Assembly (NCBI GenBank): GCA_018400015.1
Contig: JAGYNB010000001.1
Span: 328,321 to 392,320 of the forward strand
Reading direction: 5' to 3'
Origin: Candidatus Omnitrophota bacterium
Lineage (GTDB): Bacteria > Omnitrophota > Gorgyraeia > Gygaellales > Gygaellaceae
DNA length: 64,000 nt
Part shown: positions 41,723 through 51,568 of the stretch, piece by piece
Position numbering within the stretch: position 1 is the first letter of the stretch
How the letters are laid out: each line of letters begins with the position of its first letter
The notes under the pieces: model-generated
Database searches by the model: none
The model's input: the letters and a program-made list of their open reading frames with translations, nothing else
What the model was told of the DNA's origin: nothing
Translations under genes and position numbers: made by a program

Positions 41723-42394
41723 ATGCTGATAATTAATTTTTTAATACTTTTTTCGTCGATCTTGGCACTGATTGTGCTTACTGTTAGTATTATTTTTAAG
41801 GAAGAGGTGAATGTTGTTTTAGAAAAAGACCCCGCATCTCGTAATACAGTTGAGGTTATTCTTTTATACCAGGGATTACATGCAATTATTTTTCACAGGA
41901 TTGCACAGCTATTTTTGGAAATAAGGTTACTATTTGTCGCAAGGTTGATTTCACAGATTAGCAGATTCTTGACAGGAATCGAGATCCACCCTCAGGCTAA
42001 AATAGGTAAAGGTGTTTTTATCGATCATGGTATGGGGGTGGTAGTTGGTGAAACTGCTGTGATTGAAGACCGCGTATTAATTTATCAAGGTGTGACCTTA
42101 GGCGGAACTGGTATAAAAAAAGGAAAACGTCATCCGACAATAAATAAGAATGTGGTAATCGGCGCAGGTGCTAAAGTATTAGGGGATATAACTATCGGTG
42201 AGAATTCTTATATCGGAGCGAATGCTGTGGTTATAAAGGATGTTCCTGCGAATTCCACGGTTGTAGGTATCCCCGGCAGGATAACTAAGCAAGATGGCAA
42301 TAAGATTGATATTGCTTTAGACCACCTCCATATAATCGATCCGATTATGGAGAAAATCGAAGAGCTGGAAAAAGAGATAAAGAAAAATAAATAA
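41723..42394 (+). CDS. cysE: Serine O-acetyltransferase
   Basis: DPA...[23 protein letters not shown]-domain followed by left-handed hexapeptide repeats. The N-terminal 30 aa are unusually hydrophobic, so the true start may lie downstream. Confidence 0.75.
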   Translation: MLIINFLILFSSILALIVLTVSIIFKEEVNVVLEKDPASRNTVEVILLYQGLHAIIFHRIAQLFLEIRLLFVARLISQISRFLTGIEIHPQAKIGKGVFIDHGMGVVVGETAVIEDRVLIYQGVTLGGTGIKKGKRHPTINKNVVIGAGAKVLGDITIGENSYIGANAVVIKDVPANSTVVGIPGRITKQDGNKIDIALDHLHIIDPIMEKIEELEKEIKKNK

Positions 42395-43827
42395 TGCCTA
42401 AGATAAAAATCAATAATTCTTTGGGGAAGGGCGAATTTGTTTTAGATAGCGATAAGCAAAAGACAGTAAATATCTATACCTGCGGGGTTACGGTTTACGA
42501 CGATTGTCATATCGGTCATGCCAGAAGTCTTTATATCTTTGACGTTGTCAGGCGCTACTTAAAGTATATAGGTTTTAAGGTTAATTTTGTGCGCAATATT
42601 ACAGATATCGACGATAAAATTATCAATAGGGCCAACGAATCAGGTATTGATTGGAAAGAGCTGATTGAAAAGTATATCGTTAGGTACTATGAAGATTTGG
42701 ATAGTTTAGGTATTGATAAAGGTATTCTTGACGGCAATGAAGAACCAAGAGCAACTAAAAACATAAAAGAAATAATCGAATATATAAACGTTTTGATTGA
42801 AAAAGATTTTGCTTATGAAACGCGGACTGGAGTTTATTTTAGTGTGCGCAAGTTTTCAGGCTATGGAAAACTTTCCAACCAAAGCATTGAACAGATGCTC
42901 ACAGGCGTAAGAAAGTCTCAAGATGAAACAAAAAAAGACCCGCTTGATTTTGCATTGTGGAAAAAGGCTAAAGAAAATGAGCCTTCATGGCCAAGTCCCT
43001 GGGGTGAAGGCAGGCCTGGCTGGCATATAGAGTGTTCTGTGATGAGCCAGAAGTATTTAAAGGCAGATACATTGGATATCCACGCAGGCGGAAGAGATTT
43101 GATCTTCCCTCACCATGAGAATGAAATCGCCCAGGCTGAGGCGAAAACCGGCAAGCCTTTTGCGAAATGCTGGATTCACCACGGGTTACTGACAATTAAT
43201 TCCCAGAAGATGTCCAAGTCTTTGGGTAATTTTGTGACGATAAAGGATTTTTTAACTAAATATAAGAACATGGATTTGTTGAAGCTTTTCTTTTTATCTG
43301 CCCATTATTCCCAGAGCATTGATTATAGCGATAAGAAGATACAAGAGGTAAAAAACGCATATGAAAGCATTGTTATTTTAAGGAATAGGCTTATTAAAGA
43401 ATTTGGTTCAGTAGATTTAACTAAGGCTGTCAAACAGGGCACAGGCAATATGATGTTATTTAAAAATAAATTCATCGAATACATGGATAATGATTTTAAT
43501 ATGCCCAGAGCTTTGTCAGTTTTATTCGATATGGTGCATAATTGTAATAAGCTGCTAGATAGTGATGATGAATTAAAGCCGTTTATCCTGCGTTATGCAA
43601 TAGACACAATGAAAGAGATAACTGATATTTTTGGGTTAGAGTTTTTAGAAAACGATAGTTTAGATGAAGATGAGAAAAAGGAAATTGTTAAACAAATAGA
43701 CTTAAGAACACAATTAAAAAAAGAAAAGAAATTCAAAGAAGCTGATGAAATAAGGACTAACCTAGAGAATAAAGGTATAGTAATCGAGGATACTAAAGAA
43801 GGCACAACATGGCGAAGAAAGATCTAA
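42394..43827 (+). CDS. cysS: Cysteinyl-tRNA synthetase
   Basis: HIGHAR and KMSKS class I motifs; zinc-binding Cys; 477 aa. Confidence 0.9.
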   Translation: MPKIKINNSLGKGEFVLDSDKQKTVNIYTCGVTVYDDCHIGHARSLYIFDVVRRYLKYIGFKVNFVRNITDIDDKIINRANESGIDWKELIEKYIVRYYEDLDSLGIDKGILDGNEEPRATKNIKEIIEYINVLIEKDFAYETRTGVYFSVRKFSGYGKLSNQSIEQMLTGVRKSQDETKKDPLDFALWKKAKENEPSWPSPWGEGRPGWHIECSVMSQKYLKADTLDIHAGGRDLIFPHHENEIAQAEAKTGKPFAKCWIHHGLLTINSQKMSKSLGNFVTIKDFLTKYKNMDLLKLFFLSAHYSQSIDYSDKKIQEVKNAYESIVILRNRLIKEFGSVDLTKAVKQGTGNMMLFKNKFIEYMDNDFNMPRALSVLFDMVHNCNKLLDSDDELKPFILRYAIDTMKEITDIFGLEFLENDSLDEDEKKEIVKQIDLRTQLKKEKKFKEADEIRTNLENKGIVIEDTKEGTTWRRKI

Positions 43828-44465
43828 AAGGTTTATTTATTACTTTTGAAGGTTCAGAAGGCTCTGGTAAAAGCACCCAATCAAAGATGCTTTGTTCTTT
43901 TATAAAAAAAAGCGGGTTAGATTGTATTGTTGTAAGAGAGCCGGGTAGTACAAAGATAAGCGAGAGAATAAGAGATATTTTATTGGATTGTAAAAATAAA
44001 AATATGTCTAAAGTTACGGAAATGCTTCTTTATATGGCAGCACGCGCTCAGATAGTGGAAGAGCTGATTATGCCGGCTTTGAAAAAAGGAAAAGTAGTAA
44101 TCTGTGACCGGTTTTTAGATTCTACCATTGCTTATCAAGGATATGGCCTTGGCATGGATATAGGTTTGATTAAAAGAATCGGTAGTTTGGTGAGTGTAAA
44201 GATTAAGCCGGACTTGACATTTTTATTGGATCTGCCGTTAAAGCAGGGTTTGAAGAATTGCCATAGAGTGAAAAACCGTAAAGACCGTATTGAGAAAAGA
44301 AGCCTTAGCTATCATTCGCGTGTAAGAAACGGCTATTTAAGCCTTGCCTTAAAAGAGTCTTCCAGAATTAAGTTGGTAACTGTAGAAAAAGATGTTTTTA
44401 AAACTCAAGCAAATATCAGAAAACATATCTTGAGCTTGTTAAGAAGAAGATCTTTATGCAGATAA
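43809..44465 (+). CDS. tmk: Thymidylate kinase
   Basis: FITFEGSEGSGKST P-loop and DRF motif. Confidence 0.85.
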   Translation: MAKKDLKGLFITFEGSEGSGKSTQSKMLCSFIKKSGLDCIVVREPGSTKISERIRDILLDCKNKNMSKVTEMLLYMAARAQIVEELIMPALKKGKVVICDRFLDSTIAYQGYGLGMDIGLIKRIGSLVSVKIKPDLTFLLDLPLKQGLKNCHRVKNRKDRIEKRSLSYHSRVRNGYLSLALKESSRIKLVTVEKDVFKTQANIRKHILSLLRRRSLCR

Positions 44466-45424
44466 ATAAAAATTATGGCCAGGATAGAGTGATTAGTTAT
44501 TTAAAATCAGCGATTGAAAATAAACGCCTGGCAAACACCTATTTGTTTATCGGTCCTTTAGGAATAGATAAGCTAAATATTGCTATAGATTTTGCCAAGG
44601 CTTTAAATTGTGATAAGGCAGAATTAGTAAGTGGGTGTAGCTGTCAAAGCTGCATATTAATTGATAAAAATCAGCATCCGGATGTAATAATTTTTGGAAA
44701 TAGCGGCAGCTCGATAAAAATTGATGAAATAAGGTATATCCAGCAAAGATTAACCTTAAGGGCTTATATGGCTAAGATAAAAGTAGTTATAGTGCCTGAT
44801 ATTGAACGTTTAACTCCTGATGCAAGTAATTGTTTTTTGAAAACTTTAGAAGAGCCGTCAAAAAACTCGTTGATTATCCTTACCGCTAGTAGCGCTTCTT
44901 TGGTTTTTCCTACGATACTATCGCGTTGCCATAAGATAAATTTTAGCTGCTCTTGTAAAGATATTGTTTCGTTAGAACTGGAATCTATGCTTGGGCTTGA
45001 TAAGAATAAATCTCGCTGTCTTGCCGGATTTACTTCAGGAAGACTGCCTTTGGCAATAGAACTAAATAAAAACAATTTTTTCGAACTGCGCGATAAAGTA
45101 ATAGATCTATTCTTGCAAAGCGAGCGTCGGATTGTCGACAGTGAGTTTTTATCTAAGATAAGCAGCAAAAGTGATATAAGTCTAATTTTTTCTATTATCC
45201 TTACTTATCTTAGGGACATAAGAGTATTGAAAACTTCACAGGATGAAATCGCAATTATAAACTTAGATATAATAGATAAGTTAAAGCAGTCATTAGATAG
45301 TGTTACTGTTAGTGATATCGATAGCACCTCAAATGAACTTATGCAGGCAGTTGGTAATATTGACAGAAACTTGAATATGAAGTTGTTTTTAAATTATCTT
45401 AATTCAAAATTAACAAGGGTGTAA
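44456..45424 (+). CDS. holB: DNA polymerase III delta-prime subunit
   Basis: Clamp-loader AAA+ fold with degenerate P-loop, Cys-rich zinc module (CSCQSC), SRC motif; follows tmk as in Firmicutes. Confidence 0.7.
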   Translation: MQINKNYGQDRVISYLKSAIENKRLANTYLFIGPLGIDKLNIAIDFAKALNCDKAELVSGCSCQSCILIDKNQHPDVIIFGNSGSSIKIDEIRYIQQRLTLRAYMAKIKVVIVPDIERLTPDASNCFLKTLEEPSKNSLIILTASSASLVFPTILSRCHKINFSCSCKDIVSLELESMLGLDKNKSRCLAGFTSGRLPLAIELNKNNFFELRDKVIDLFLQSERRIVDSEFLSKISSKSDISLIFSIILTYLRDIRVLKTSQDEIAIINLDIIDKLKQSLDSVTVSDIDSTSNELMQAVGNIDRNLNMKLFLNYLNSKLTRV

Positions 45425-45426
45425 AA

Positions 45427-46218
45427 ATGGAAAAACTTATTCAGGTAAGGCTACGAGATGCAGGGCGTTTGGTTTATTGTTATTTTCCGGAAGGATTTAC
45501 GGTTAAAATATCGGACTGGGTAATTGTTGATACGGATAAAAGCGCTGAATGCGCACAGGTAGTTACGGATGCAATGTCTGTAGATGATGTAGAATCATCA
45601 GAAGTGCCAAGTAAGATTTCCAGGATTGCAACTGAAAATGATTTAAAAAGAATAGAAGAGAATAAATCAAAGGCAAAAAATGCTTTTTCTGTTTGTGAAA
45701 AGCATATTGAAAAACATAAACTTGACATGAAACTTGTGGATGCGGAATATACATTCGATAGAAGCAAAATTATTTTCTATTTTACCGCTGAAGGAAGGGT
45801 TGATTTCAGAAATTTACTTAAAGATCTGGCTAAGATATTTAAAACAAGAATTGAACTTCGTCAGATCGGCGTTCGCGATGAGGCAAAGCTTTTTGGCGGG
45901 ATTGGCGTGTGTGGAAAGAAACTCTGTTGTACGACTTTTTTGAAGGATTTTGATCCGGTTACGATTAAGATGGCTAAAGAGCAAGGACTACCTTTAAACC
46001 CTCCAAAAATTTCCGGTATCTGCGGGAGGCTCATGTGTTGTTTAAGTTATGAGTATAAAGGTTATAAGGAGCTTTTGAAGAAAATGCCCCGCGAGGGAGA
46101 AAAGATAAAAGTTGCTAATGGAAAAGGGAAGGTAATTGCAGTAAATCCTTTAAAGCAAAGCGTTACTGTCGAGCTTGAATCAGGTGCGCATGTAGAAGTT
46201 AAAATTGATAAGTCATGA
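45427..46218 (+). CDS. PSP1 C-terminal domain protein (YaaT/RicT-like)
   Basis: PSP1 domain; Cys cluster GVCGKKLCCTTF...CGRLMCC typical of RicT Fe-S ligands; holB-yaaT order conserved. Confidence 0.7.
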   Translation: MEKLIQVRLRDAGRLVYCYFPEGFTVKISDWVIVDTDKSAECAQVVTDAMSVDDVESSEVPSKISRIATENDLKRIEENKSKAKNAFSVCEKHIEKHKLDMKLVDAEYTFDRSKIIFYFTAEGRVDFRNLLKDLAKIFKTRIELRQIGVRDEAKLFGGIGVCGKKLCCTTFLKDFDPVTIKMAKEQGLPLNPPKISGICGRLMCCLSYEYKGYKELLKKMPREGEKIKVANGKGKVIAVNPLKQSVTVELESGAHVEVKIDKS

Positions 46219-47714
46219 AAGATAAATTCTATATTACAACACCGCTTTATTATGTCAATGCTTCTGCTCATATAGGGCATTCTTATACAAATATTGCCGC
46301 AGATTCAATTGCCCGGTTTATGCGTAGCGTAAAAGGACAGGAAAATGTCTGGTTTTTAACAGGTACGGATGAACACGGACAGAAAATAGAGCGTTCAGCC
46401 AGGGAAGCAGGTCTCGAGCCTAAAGAATTTACCGATAAGGTGGTGATGACATTTAAGGAACTATGGAAGATCTTGAATATTTCAAATAATGATTTTATTA
46501 GAACTACCGAGCCAAGGCATATCACCACAGTTAGAAATGTTTTGAATATTCTTTATAAAAAAAACGATATTTATAAACAGAATTACGAAGGGTGGTACTG
46601 TACGCCTTGCGAAACATTTTGGAGCGATTCTCAGATTGAAGATAATCTTTGTCCTGATTGTAAAAGAAAATTAGAGAGAATAAGTGAAAATAATTATTTC
46701 TTCAGAATGTCTGGTTATCAAGATTGGTTGGTTGAATATATTGAAAGGGATCCTTTGTTTATACGTCCGGAAATTAGAAGAAACGAAATATTGAGTTTCC
46801 TAAAACTTAATAAGCTTTCGGATTTATGTATTTCCAGGCCCAAAGAGAGACTTAATTGGGGTATCGAACTTCCCTTTAGCAAGGATCATGTAACCTATGT
46901 TTGGTTTGATGCTTTGATAAACTATATAAGCGCAGTAGGCTTTTTTGACGATAAAGGAAGGTATGTTTCCAAATGGTGGCCTGCGGATTTACAGCTTATT
47001 GGTAAAGATATCCTAAGGCATCATTGTGTATACTGGCCGATTATGCTAAAAGCGCTTAATTTGCAGATGCCAAAAACTATCTTTGCACACGGTTGGTGGA
47101 TGATCAATAAAGACAAGATGTCCAAGTCCAAAGGCAATGTTGTTTCCCCTGTAGATATGGTGAATAAATTCGGTGTGGATAGCTATCGTTATTTTTTGCT
47201 TCGCGATGTTCCATTTGGTATGGATGGAAATTTTTCCATAGATTCTTTGATCAAAAGGATCAATTCTGATTTAGCTAATGATTTGGGCAATCTTTTGCAC
47301 AGGACTGTGACAATGGTAGAGAAGTATTTTTCAGGAAAAATGCCTACGAAGGAAGTGACTTTTGATGAAAACACAATGTTTATAAAAGAAAAGGGCGAGT
47401 CTTTTAAGGGATCTATTAACAAGATAATTTCTTGTGAAAGTGATTATAATTTTAGTTTTGCCCTTGAATCAATCTGGGAGTTGATTAATATAGCCAATAA
47501 GCATGTAGAACAGACCAAGCCCTGGAATTTGCTTAAGGAAGAGAAAATAACAGAACTTGAGAACTTTATTTTGATTATGAAGTACTGTATTGACCATGTT
47601 GTAGAGGCGCTTGTACCGTTTATGCCTGAGACTTGCGCAGAGATCATAAAACAAATTAGTGCCGATGTTATAACAAAAGAAAAACCGCTTTTCCCCCGTT
47701 TAGAAATTAAATAA
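46215..47714 (+). CDS. metG: Methionyl-tRNA synthetase (short form)
   Basis: HIGH-type motif (HIGHSYT), KMSKS, zinc knuckle CTPCE...CPDC; 499 aa. Confidence 0.9.
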   Translation: MKDKFYITTPLYYVNASAHIGHSYTNIAADSIARFMRSVKGQENVWFLTGTDEHGQKIERSAREAGLEPKEFTDKVVMTFKELWKILNISNNDFIRTTEPRHITTVRNVLNILYKKNDIYKQNYEGWYCTPCETFWSDSQIEDNLCPDCKRKLERISENNYFFRMSGYQDWLVEYIERDPLFIRPEIRRNEILSFLKLNKLSDLCISRPKERLNWGIELPFSKDHVTYVWFDALINYISAVGFFDDKGRYVSKWWPADLQLIGKDILRHHCVYWPIMLKALNLQMPKTIFAHGWWMINKDKMSKSKGNVVSPVDMVNKFGVDSYRYFLLRDVPFGMDGNFSIDSLIKRINSDLANDLGNLLHRTVTMVEKYFSGKMPTKEVTFDENTMFIKEKGESFKGSINKIISCESDYNFSFALESIWELINIANKHVEQTKPWNLLKEEKITELENFILIMKYCIDHVVEALVPFMPETCAEIIKQISADVITKEKPLFPRLEIK

Positions 47715-47726
47715 CAGTCTATTCTT

Positions 47727-48500
47727 ATGCTAAGCGATACACATTGTCATCTTGATTTTCCTGATTATGATAAAGACAGGCTTGAGGTTATTCAAAGAGC
47801 CAGGGATTCAGGCATAAAATTAATTATTAATGTCGGCTCTGATATTGAGCATAGTATTGCTGCCGTTAGTCTGGCTGATGAATTTGATTTTATCTATGCC
47901 TGCGTAGGTATTCATCCGCATGATGCGAAGACTTATTCAGAAGATACTTTATCCCAGCTGAAAGAACTTATAAAAAAACCAAAAGTTGTAGGTATGGGCG
48001 AAATTGGTCTTGATTATTTTCGAAATCTTTCGCCAAAAGATGTTCAAATCGATTTATTTAATAAAATATTATCTATGGCAAGAGAAAGCAACCTTCCTGT
48101 AGTTATACATTCGCGACAGGCGCAAATCGATACCATAAAGATACTAAAAGATCATGCGCAAGGTGGATTGTTGACAGGTGTAGTGCATTGTTTTTCCGGA
48201 GATGAATTGTTTTTAAAGGAATGCCTTGAATTAGGGTTGAATATTTCTTTTACCTGTAATATAACTTATAAGAAAGCGAGCAACTTAAGAGAATTTGTAA
48301 AATTATGCCCCGTAGAGAAGATTTTACTTGAGACGGATAGTCCTTTTTTGCCTCCTGAGGGTAAAAGAGGCACACGTAATGAGCCGGGTAATGTTAGTTT
48401 TCTTGCTAAGGCAATAAGCGAAATCAAAAATATTGATTATGAAATGGTAAACAGAATTACTTTTGAAAATGCCTGTAGGCTATTCTCTATTAGTTCTTAA
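47727..48500 (+). CDS. tatD: TatD-family metal-dependent DNase/hydrolase
   Basis: DTHCHLDF opening, GEIGLDY, HSR and ETDSPF motifs. Confidence 0.85.
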   Translation: MLSDTHCHLDFPDYDKDRLEVIQRARDSGIKLIINVGSDIEHSIAAVSLADEFDFIYACVGIHPHDAKTYSEDTLSQLKELIKKPKVVGMGEIGLDYFRNLSPKDVQIDLFNKILSMARESNLPVVIHSRQAQIDTIKILKDHAQGGLLTGVVHCFSGDELFLKECLELGLNISFTCNITYKKASNLREFVKLCPVEKILLETDSPFLPPEGKRGTRNEPGNVSFLAKAISEIKNIDYEMVNRITFENACRLFSISS

Positions 48501-48515
48501 AATTAAGGATTTATT

Positions 48516-49562
48516 ATGAAGATTGAAACTATTCAGTGGAATAAAAATGCAGTAAGGTTGATAGATCAAACTAAATTACCATCAAGGTTGACTTATGTTG
48601 ATATAAAAAGTTTGTCAAAGTTGATCTATGCCATTAGGACAATGAAGATAAGAGGGGCACCTGCTTTGGGCGTAGCTGCAGCCTTAGGCATGTATCTGGG
48701 AATTAAAGACGTAAAAACAAAAAGCAGCAAATTATTTTTTTCTAAGCTGAAGAAAGTTGCAGAATTAATCGCCGGTAGTCGTCCTACTGCCAGAAATCTT
48801 TTTTGGGCGATAGAAAGAATACTTGAAGTGGCTAATCAAAACGATAATCGTTCTATTGCGGAAATTAAGAAATTTATTCTTAAAACCGCTCTTATGATCT
48901 TGGAAGAAGATAGAATTATCTGTAGAAATATAGGTTGTCACGGGCAAGAGCTTATCAAAAATAATTATTCAGTGTTAACTATATGCAATGCCGGCATATT
49001 AGCAACGGTTGATTATGGAACGTCTTTAGCAGCTATTTATAGCGCTAAGGAAAAAGGCAAGAAATTTAAAGTTTATGCCTGTGAGACAAGGCCGGTTTTA
49101 CAGGGCGCAAGGCTTACCGCATGGGAGTTGAACAAGAATAAAATAGATGTAATCTTGATTTGTGATAATATGGCAGCAAGCCTGATGCAAAAAGGAGAAA
49201 TCGATATGGTTATTGTTGGTGCAGATAGAATCGCCGAAAATGCAGATACGGCAAATAAAATCGGCACATATAACTTGGCAGTATTAGCAAACTATCATAA
49301 AGTACCTTTTTTTGTTGCTGCACCAAGTTCTACTTTTGATTTCGGTATAAAAACAGGAAAAGATATTATTATTGAACAGCGCTCCCATGAAGAGGTTACT
49401 AAGAGTTTCTTTAAAAAACCTATTGCTCCTGAAAACGTGAAGGTTTATAATCCTGCTTTTGATGTTACTCCGAATAGGCTTATCAGTGCAATCATTACCG
49501 AAAAAGGCATTATTAAGAAACCTTTTAAGAATTTGAGAAAAAAAATCCATGAAATTGGCTGA
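48516..49562 (+). CDS. mtnA: eIF-2B alpha/beta/delta family isomerase (S-methyl-5-thioribose-1-phosphate isomerase-like)
   Basis: RGAPALG..., CNAG and VGADRIA motifs of the MtnA/e2B2 family; 348 aa. Confidence 0.7.
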   Translation: MKIETIQWNKNAVRLIDQTKLPSRLTYVDIKSLSKLIYAIRTMKIRGAPALGVAAALGMYLGIKDVKTKSSKLFFSKLKKVAELIAGSRPTARNLFWAIERILEVANQNDNRSIAEIKKFILKTALMILEEDRIICRNIGCHGQELIKNNYSVLTICNAGILATVDYGTSLAAIYSAKEKGKKFKVYACETRPVLQGARLTAWELNKNKIDVILICDNMAASLMQKGEIDMVIVGADRIAENADTANKIGTYNLAVLANYHKVPFFVAAPSSTFDFGIKTGKDIIIEQRSHEEVTKSFFKKPIAPENVKVYNPAFDVTPNRLISAIITEKGIIKKPFKNLRKKIHEIG

Positions 49563-50445
49563 TTTGGGCGAAGAGAGATTGATCGAGTTTTTTAAACAGA
49601 ACAACCGATATCACAATAAGGTTTTGGTAGGTATTGGCGATGATGCCGCAGTTGTTAGAATAGGGAAGAGCACAATTACATATAGTTGTGATATGTTTGT
49701 TGAGGGGACACATTTTTTAAGAAAAGATGATAGCTTTTTTTTGGGCGCAAAGGCAATAACTGCCTGTGTAAGCGATTTGTCTTCTATGGGGTCAAAGGCG
49801 TTATTTGTAAGCGCTTCTTTAGGTGTTCCCTCGGATATAGATTTTAATTACGTGAAAAGGCTTTTTAAGGGCTTGACCGAAACAGCCAAAAAGTTTAAGG
49901 TCGATTTAGTTACTGGTGATAGTGTTTGTTCAGAGAAAATATGTCTTGATATTTCAGCTATTGGTACACTTTTTAAGAGGGCTATCTTAAGAAACACAGC
50001 AAAATTAGGCGATTATATATTTGTTACTGGAGCTCTCGGAAAGGCGCGCTATAATCACGGGTATACTATTTGTAATAGGGCGAAAGAGTCATTTTACTTG
50101 GCTAAAGGATATAATATCCATGCGATGATTGATATCTCCGATGGACTTTTTAAGGATCTTTCGCGTATTTGTAAGGCAAGCAGAAAAGGGGCTGTCCTTT
50201 TGAAAGAAAATATTCCTCTATATAAGAAATCTACTGTTAGCGATGCTTTATTCAAAGGCGAAGATTTTGAATTGCTTTTTTGTCTTGGTCAAGCGGGTGC
50301 CGCAAAACTTATAAAAGAAAAAAAATATAAATTCAGCTGTATTGGCAGGATTGTCGATGAAAGTTACAATTTAAGCATGGTTGATAAAAAAGGTAAAGTT
50401 GTTATTTTAGATAAAGACCTGTCTTTTGAGCATTTCAAGAAATGA
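49549..50445 (+). CDS. thiL: Thiamine-monophosphate kinase
   Basis: AIR-synthase-related fold; LGEERLI, IGDDAAV, DISDGL motifs. Confidence 0.75.
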   Translation: MKLADLGEERLIEFFKQNNRYHNKVLVGIGDDAAVVRIGKSTITYSCDMFVEGTHFLRKDDSFFLGAKAITACVSDLSSMGSKALFVSASLGVPSDIDFNYVKRLFKGLTETAKKFKVDLVTGDSVCSEKICLDISAIGTLFKRAILRNTAKLGDYIFVTGALGKARYNHGYTICNRAKESFYLAKGYNIHAMIDISDGLFKDLSRICKASRKGAVLLKENIPLYKKSTVSDALFKGEDFELLFCLGQAGAAKLIKEKKYKFSCIGRIVDESYNLSMVDKKGKVVILDKDLSFEHFKK

Positions 50446-50900
50446 AAATAGTTTCAAGTAGCAGTATAGATACAATTCAGGTTGCAAAAAGGCTTTCTCG
50501 GTATCTTAGAAAAGGTGATTGCGTTGTTTTAGAAGGACCCTTAGGATCTGGCAAGACTGTGTTTGCCAAAGGTATTGCTTCTGGTATGGGTTTTGACCCG
50601 GATCAGGTTACGAGTTCTTCGTTTGTTTTGATGCAGCAGTATAAAACCAAGAGAATGGATATCTATCATCTGGATTTTTATAGGATAAAATCAATGATTG
50701 ATCTACACGGTATTGGCTACGAAGAAGTTTTTTCTTCAAAAGGTCTTACTATCGTAGAATGGCCAGATATAATAGAGGGATTCTTGTCGGAAGATCATAT
50801 TGTGGTAAAAATTAAGACAATAAGCCCAACGAAACGTTCCATAGATATCGATAGTAAAAATAAAAGAATAAAAAAGATTTTAACTAGGTTAGCTAAATGA
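50442..50900 (+). CDS. tsaE: tRNA t6A37 threonylcarbamoyladenosine biosynthesis protein TsaE (YjeE ATPase)
   Basis: LEGPLGSGKT P-loop, YHLDFYR motif; 152 aa. Confidence 0.85.
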   Translation: MKIVSSSSIDTIQVAKRLSRYLRKGDCVVLEGPLGSGKTVFAKGIASGMGFDPDQVTSSSFVLMQQYKTKRMDIYHLDFYRIKSMIDLHGIGYEEVFSSKGLTIVEWPDIIEGFLSEDHIVVKIKTISPTKRSIDIDSKNKRIKKILTRLAK

Positions 50901-51568
50901 ATTTATTAGGAATAGACACTTCTGGTGAGTATTCGCATATCGTTTTATCAAAAGGCGATATCACAAAATCAATAAGATTTAAAAGGCAGTTCAACAGATA
51001 TCCGGAGTCCTCTTTTTTATTGAGAATAAAAGAGCTTTTGAAAAATAATCGATTATCTCTAACGGATTTAGATGCGTTTATTATCGGCAGGGGTCCTGGT
51101 TCGTTTACTGGCTTGAGAGTTGGTTTTGCTACACTTTTTGGCCTTAATTTTGTCATGCAAATACCGGTAGTGGGTTTATCCAGTCTTGATTTTATTGCCT
51201 GGAATGCCAAAAAAACTGATTTTGATAATATTTGTGTTATCCAGGATGCAAGAAGGGGACTTGTTTACGCTTGTATTTACAAGTTAGAGGATGGTTTTTT
51301 AAGAAGAAGCTGCCGCTATTTATTGATTAAGCCTGATGATTTTGTTAAAATGGTTAAGAAAAATAGTTGTATATTAGGTGACGGTTTAAAATGCTATAAA
51401 CATATTTTTAATAGTTTTACTTGTCTAGACGAAGGTTATTGGCAGATAAAGTCAGTTTCGATAATAGAATTAGCTAAACTTTCCATAAAGGAAAGATCTT
51501 TGAGTAATTTTAGAAATAAAGTATTACCATTATATTTATACGATAAAGAATGCCAGATAAAAAAATGA
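50897..51568 (+). CDS. tsaB: tRNA t6A37 biosynthesis protein TsaB (YeaZ, inactive Kae1 paralog)
   Basis: LGIDTSG opening, GPGSFTGLRVG motif; follows tsaE. Confidence 0.8.
   Translation: MNLLGIDTSGEYSHIVLSKGDITKSIRFKRQFNRYPESSFLLRIKELLKNNRLSLTDLDAFIIGRGPGSFTGLRVGFATLFGLNFVMQIPVVGLSSLDFIAWNAKKTDFDNICVIQDARRGLVYACIYKLEDGFLRRSCRYLLIKPDDFVKMVKKNSCILGDGLKCYKHIFNSFTCLDEGYWQIKSVSIIELAKLSIKERSLSNFRNKVLPLYLYDKECQIKK

Noticed and set aside
44764-45168. 134-aa minus-strand ORF inside holB, plus other 60-110-aa antisense/alternate-frame ORFs (e.g. 7835-8195, 14327-14518, 34074-34388)
   Set aside because: All overlap stronger, motif-bearing genes and lack start-site signals; treated as spurious.
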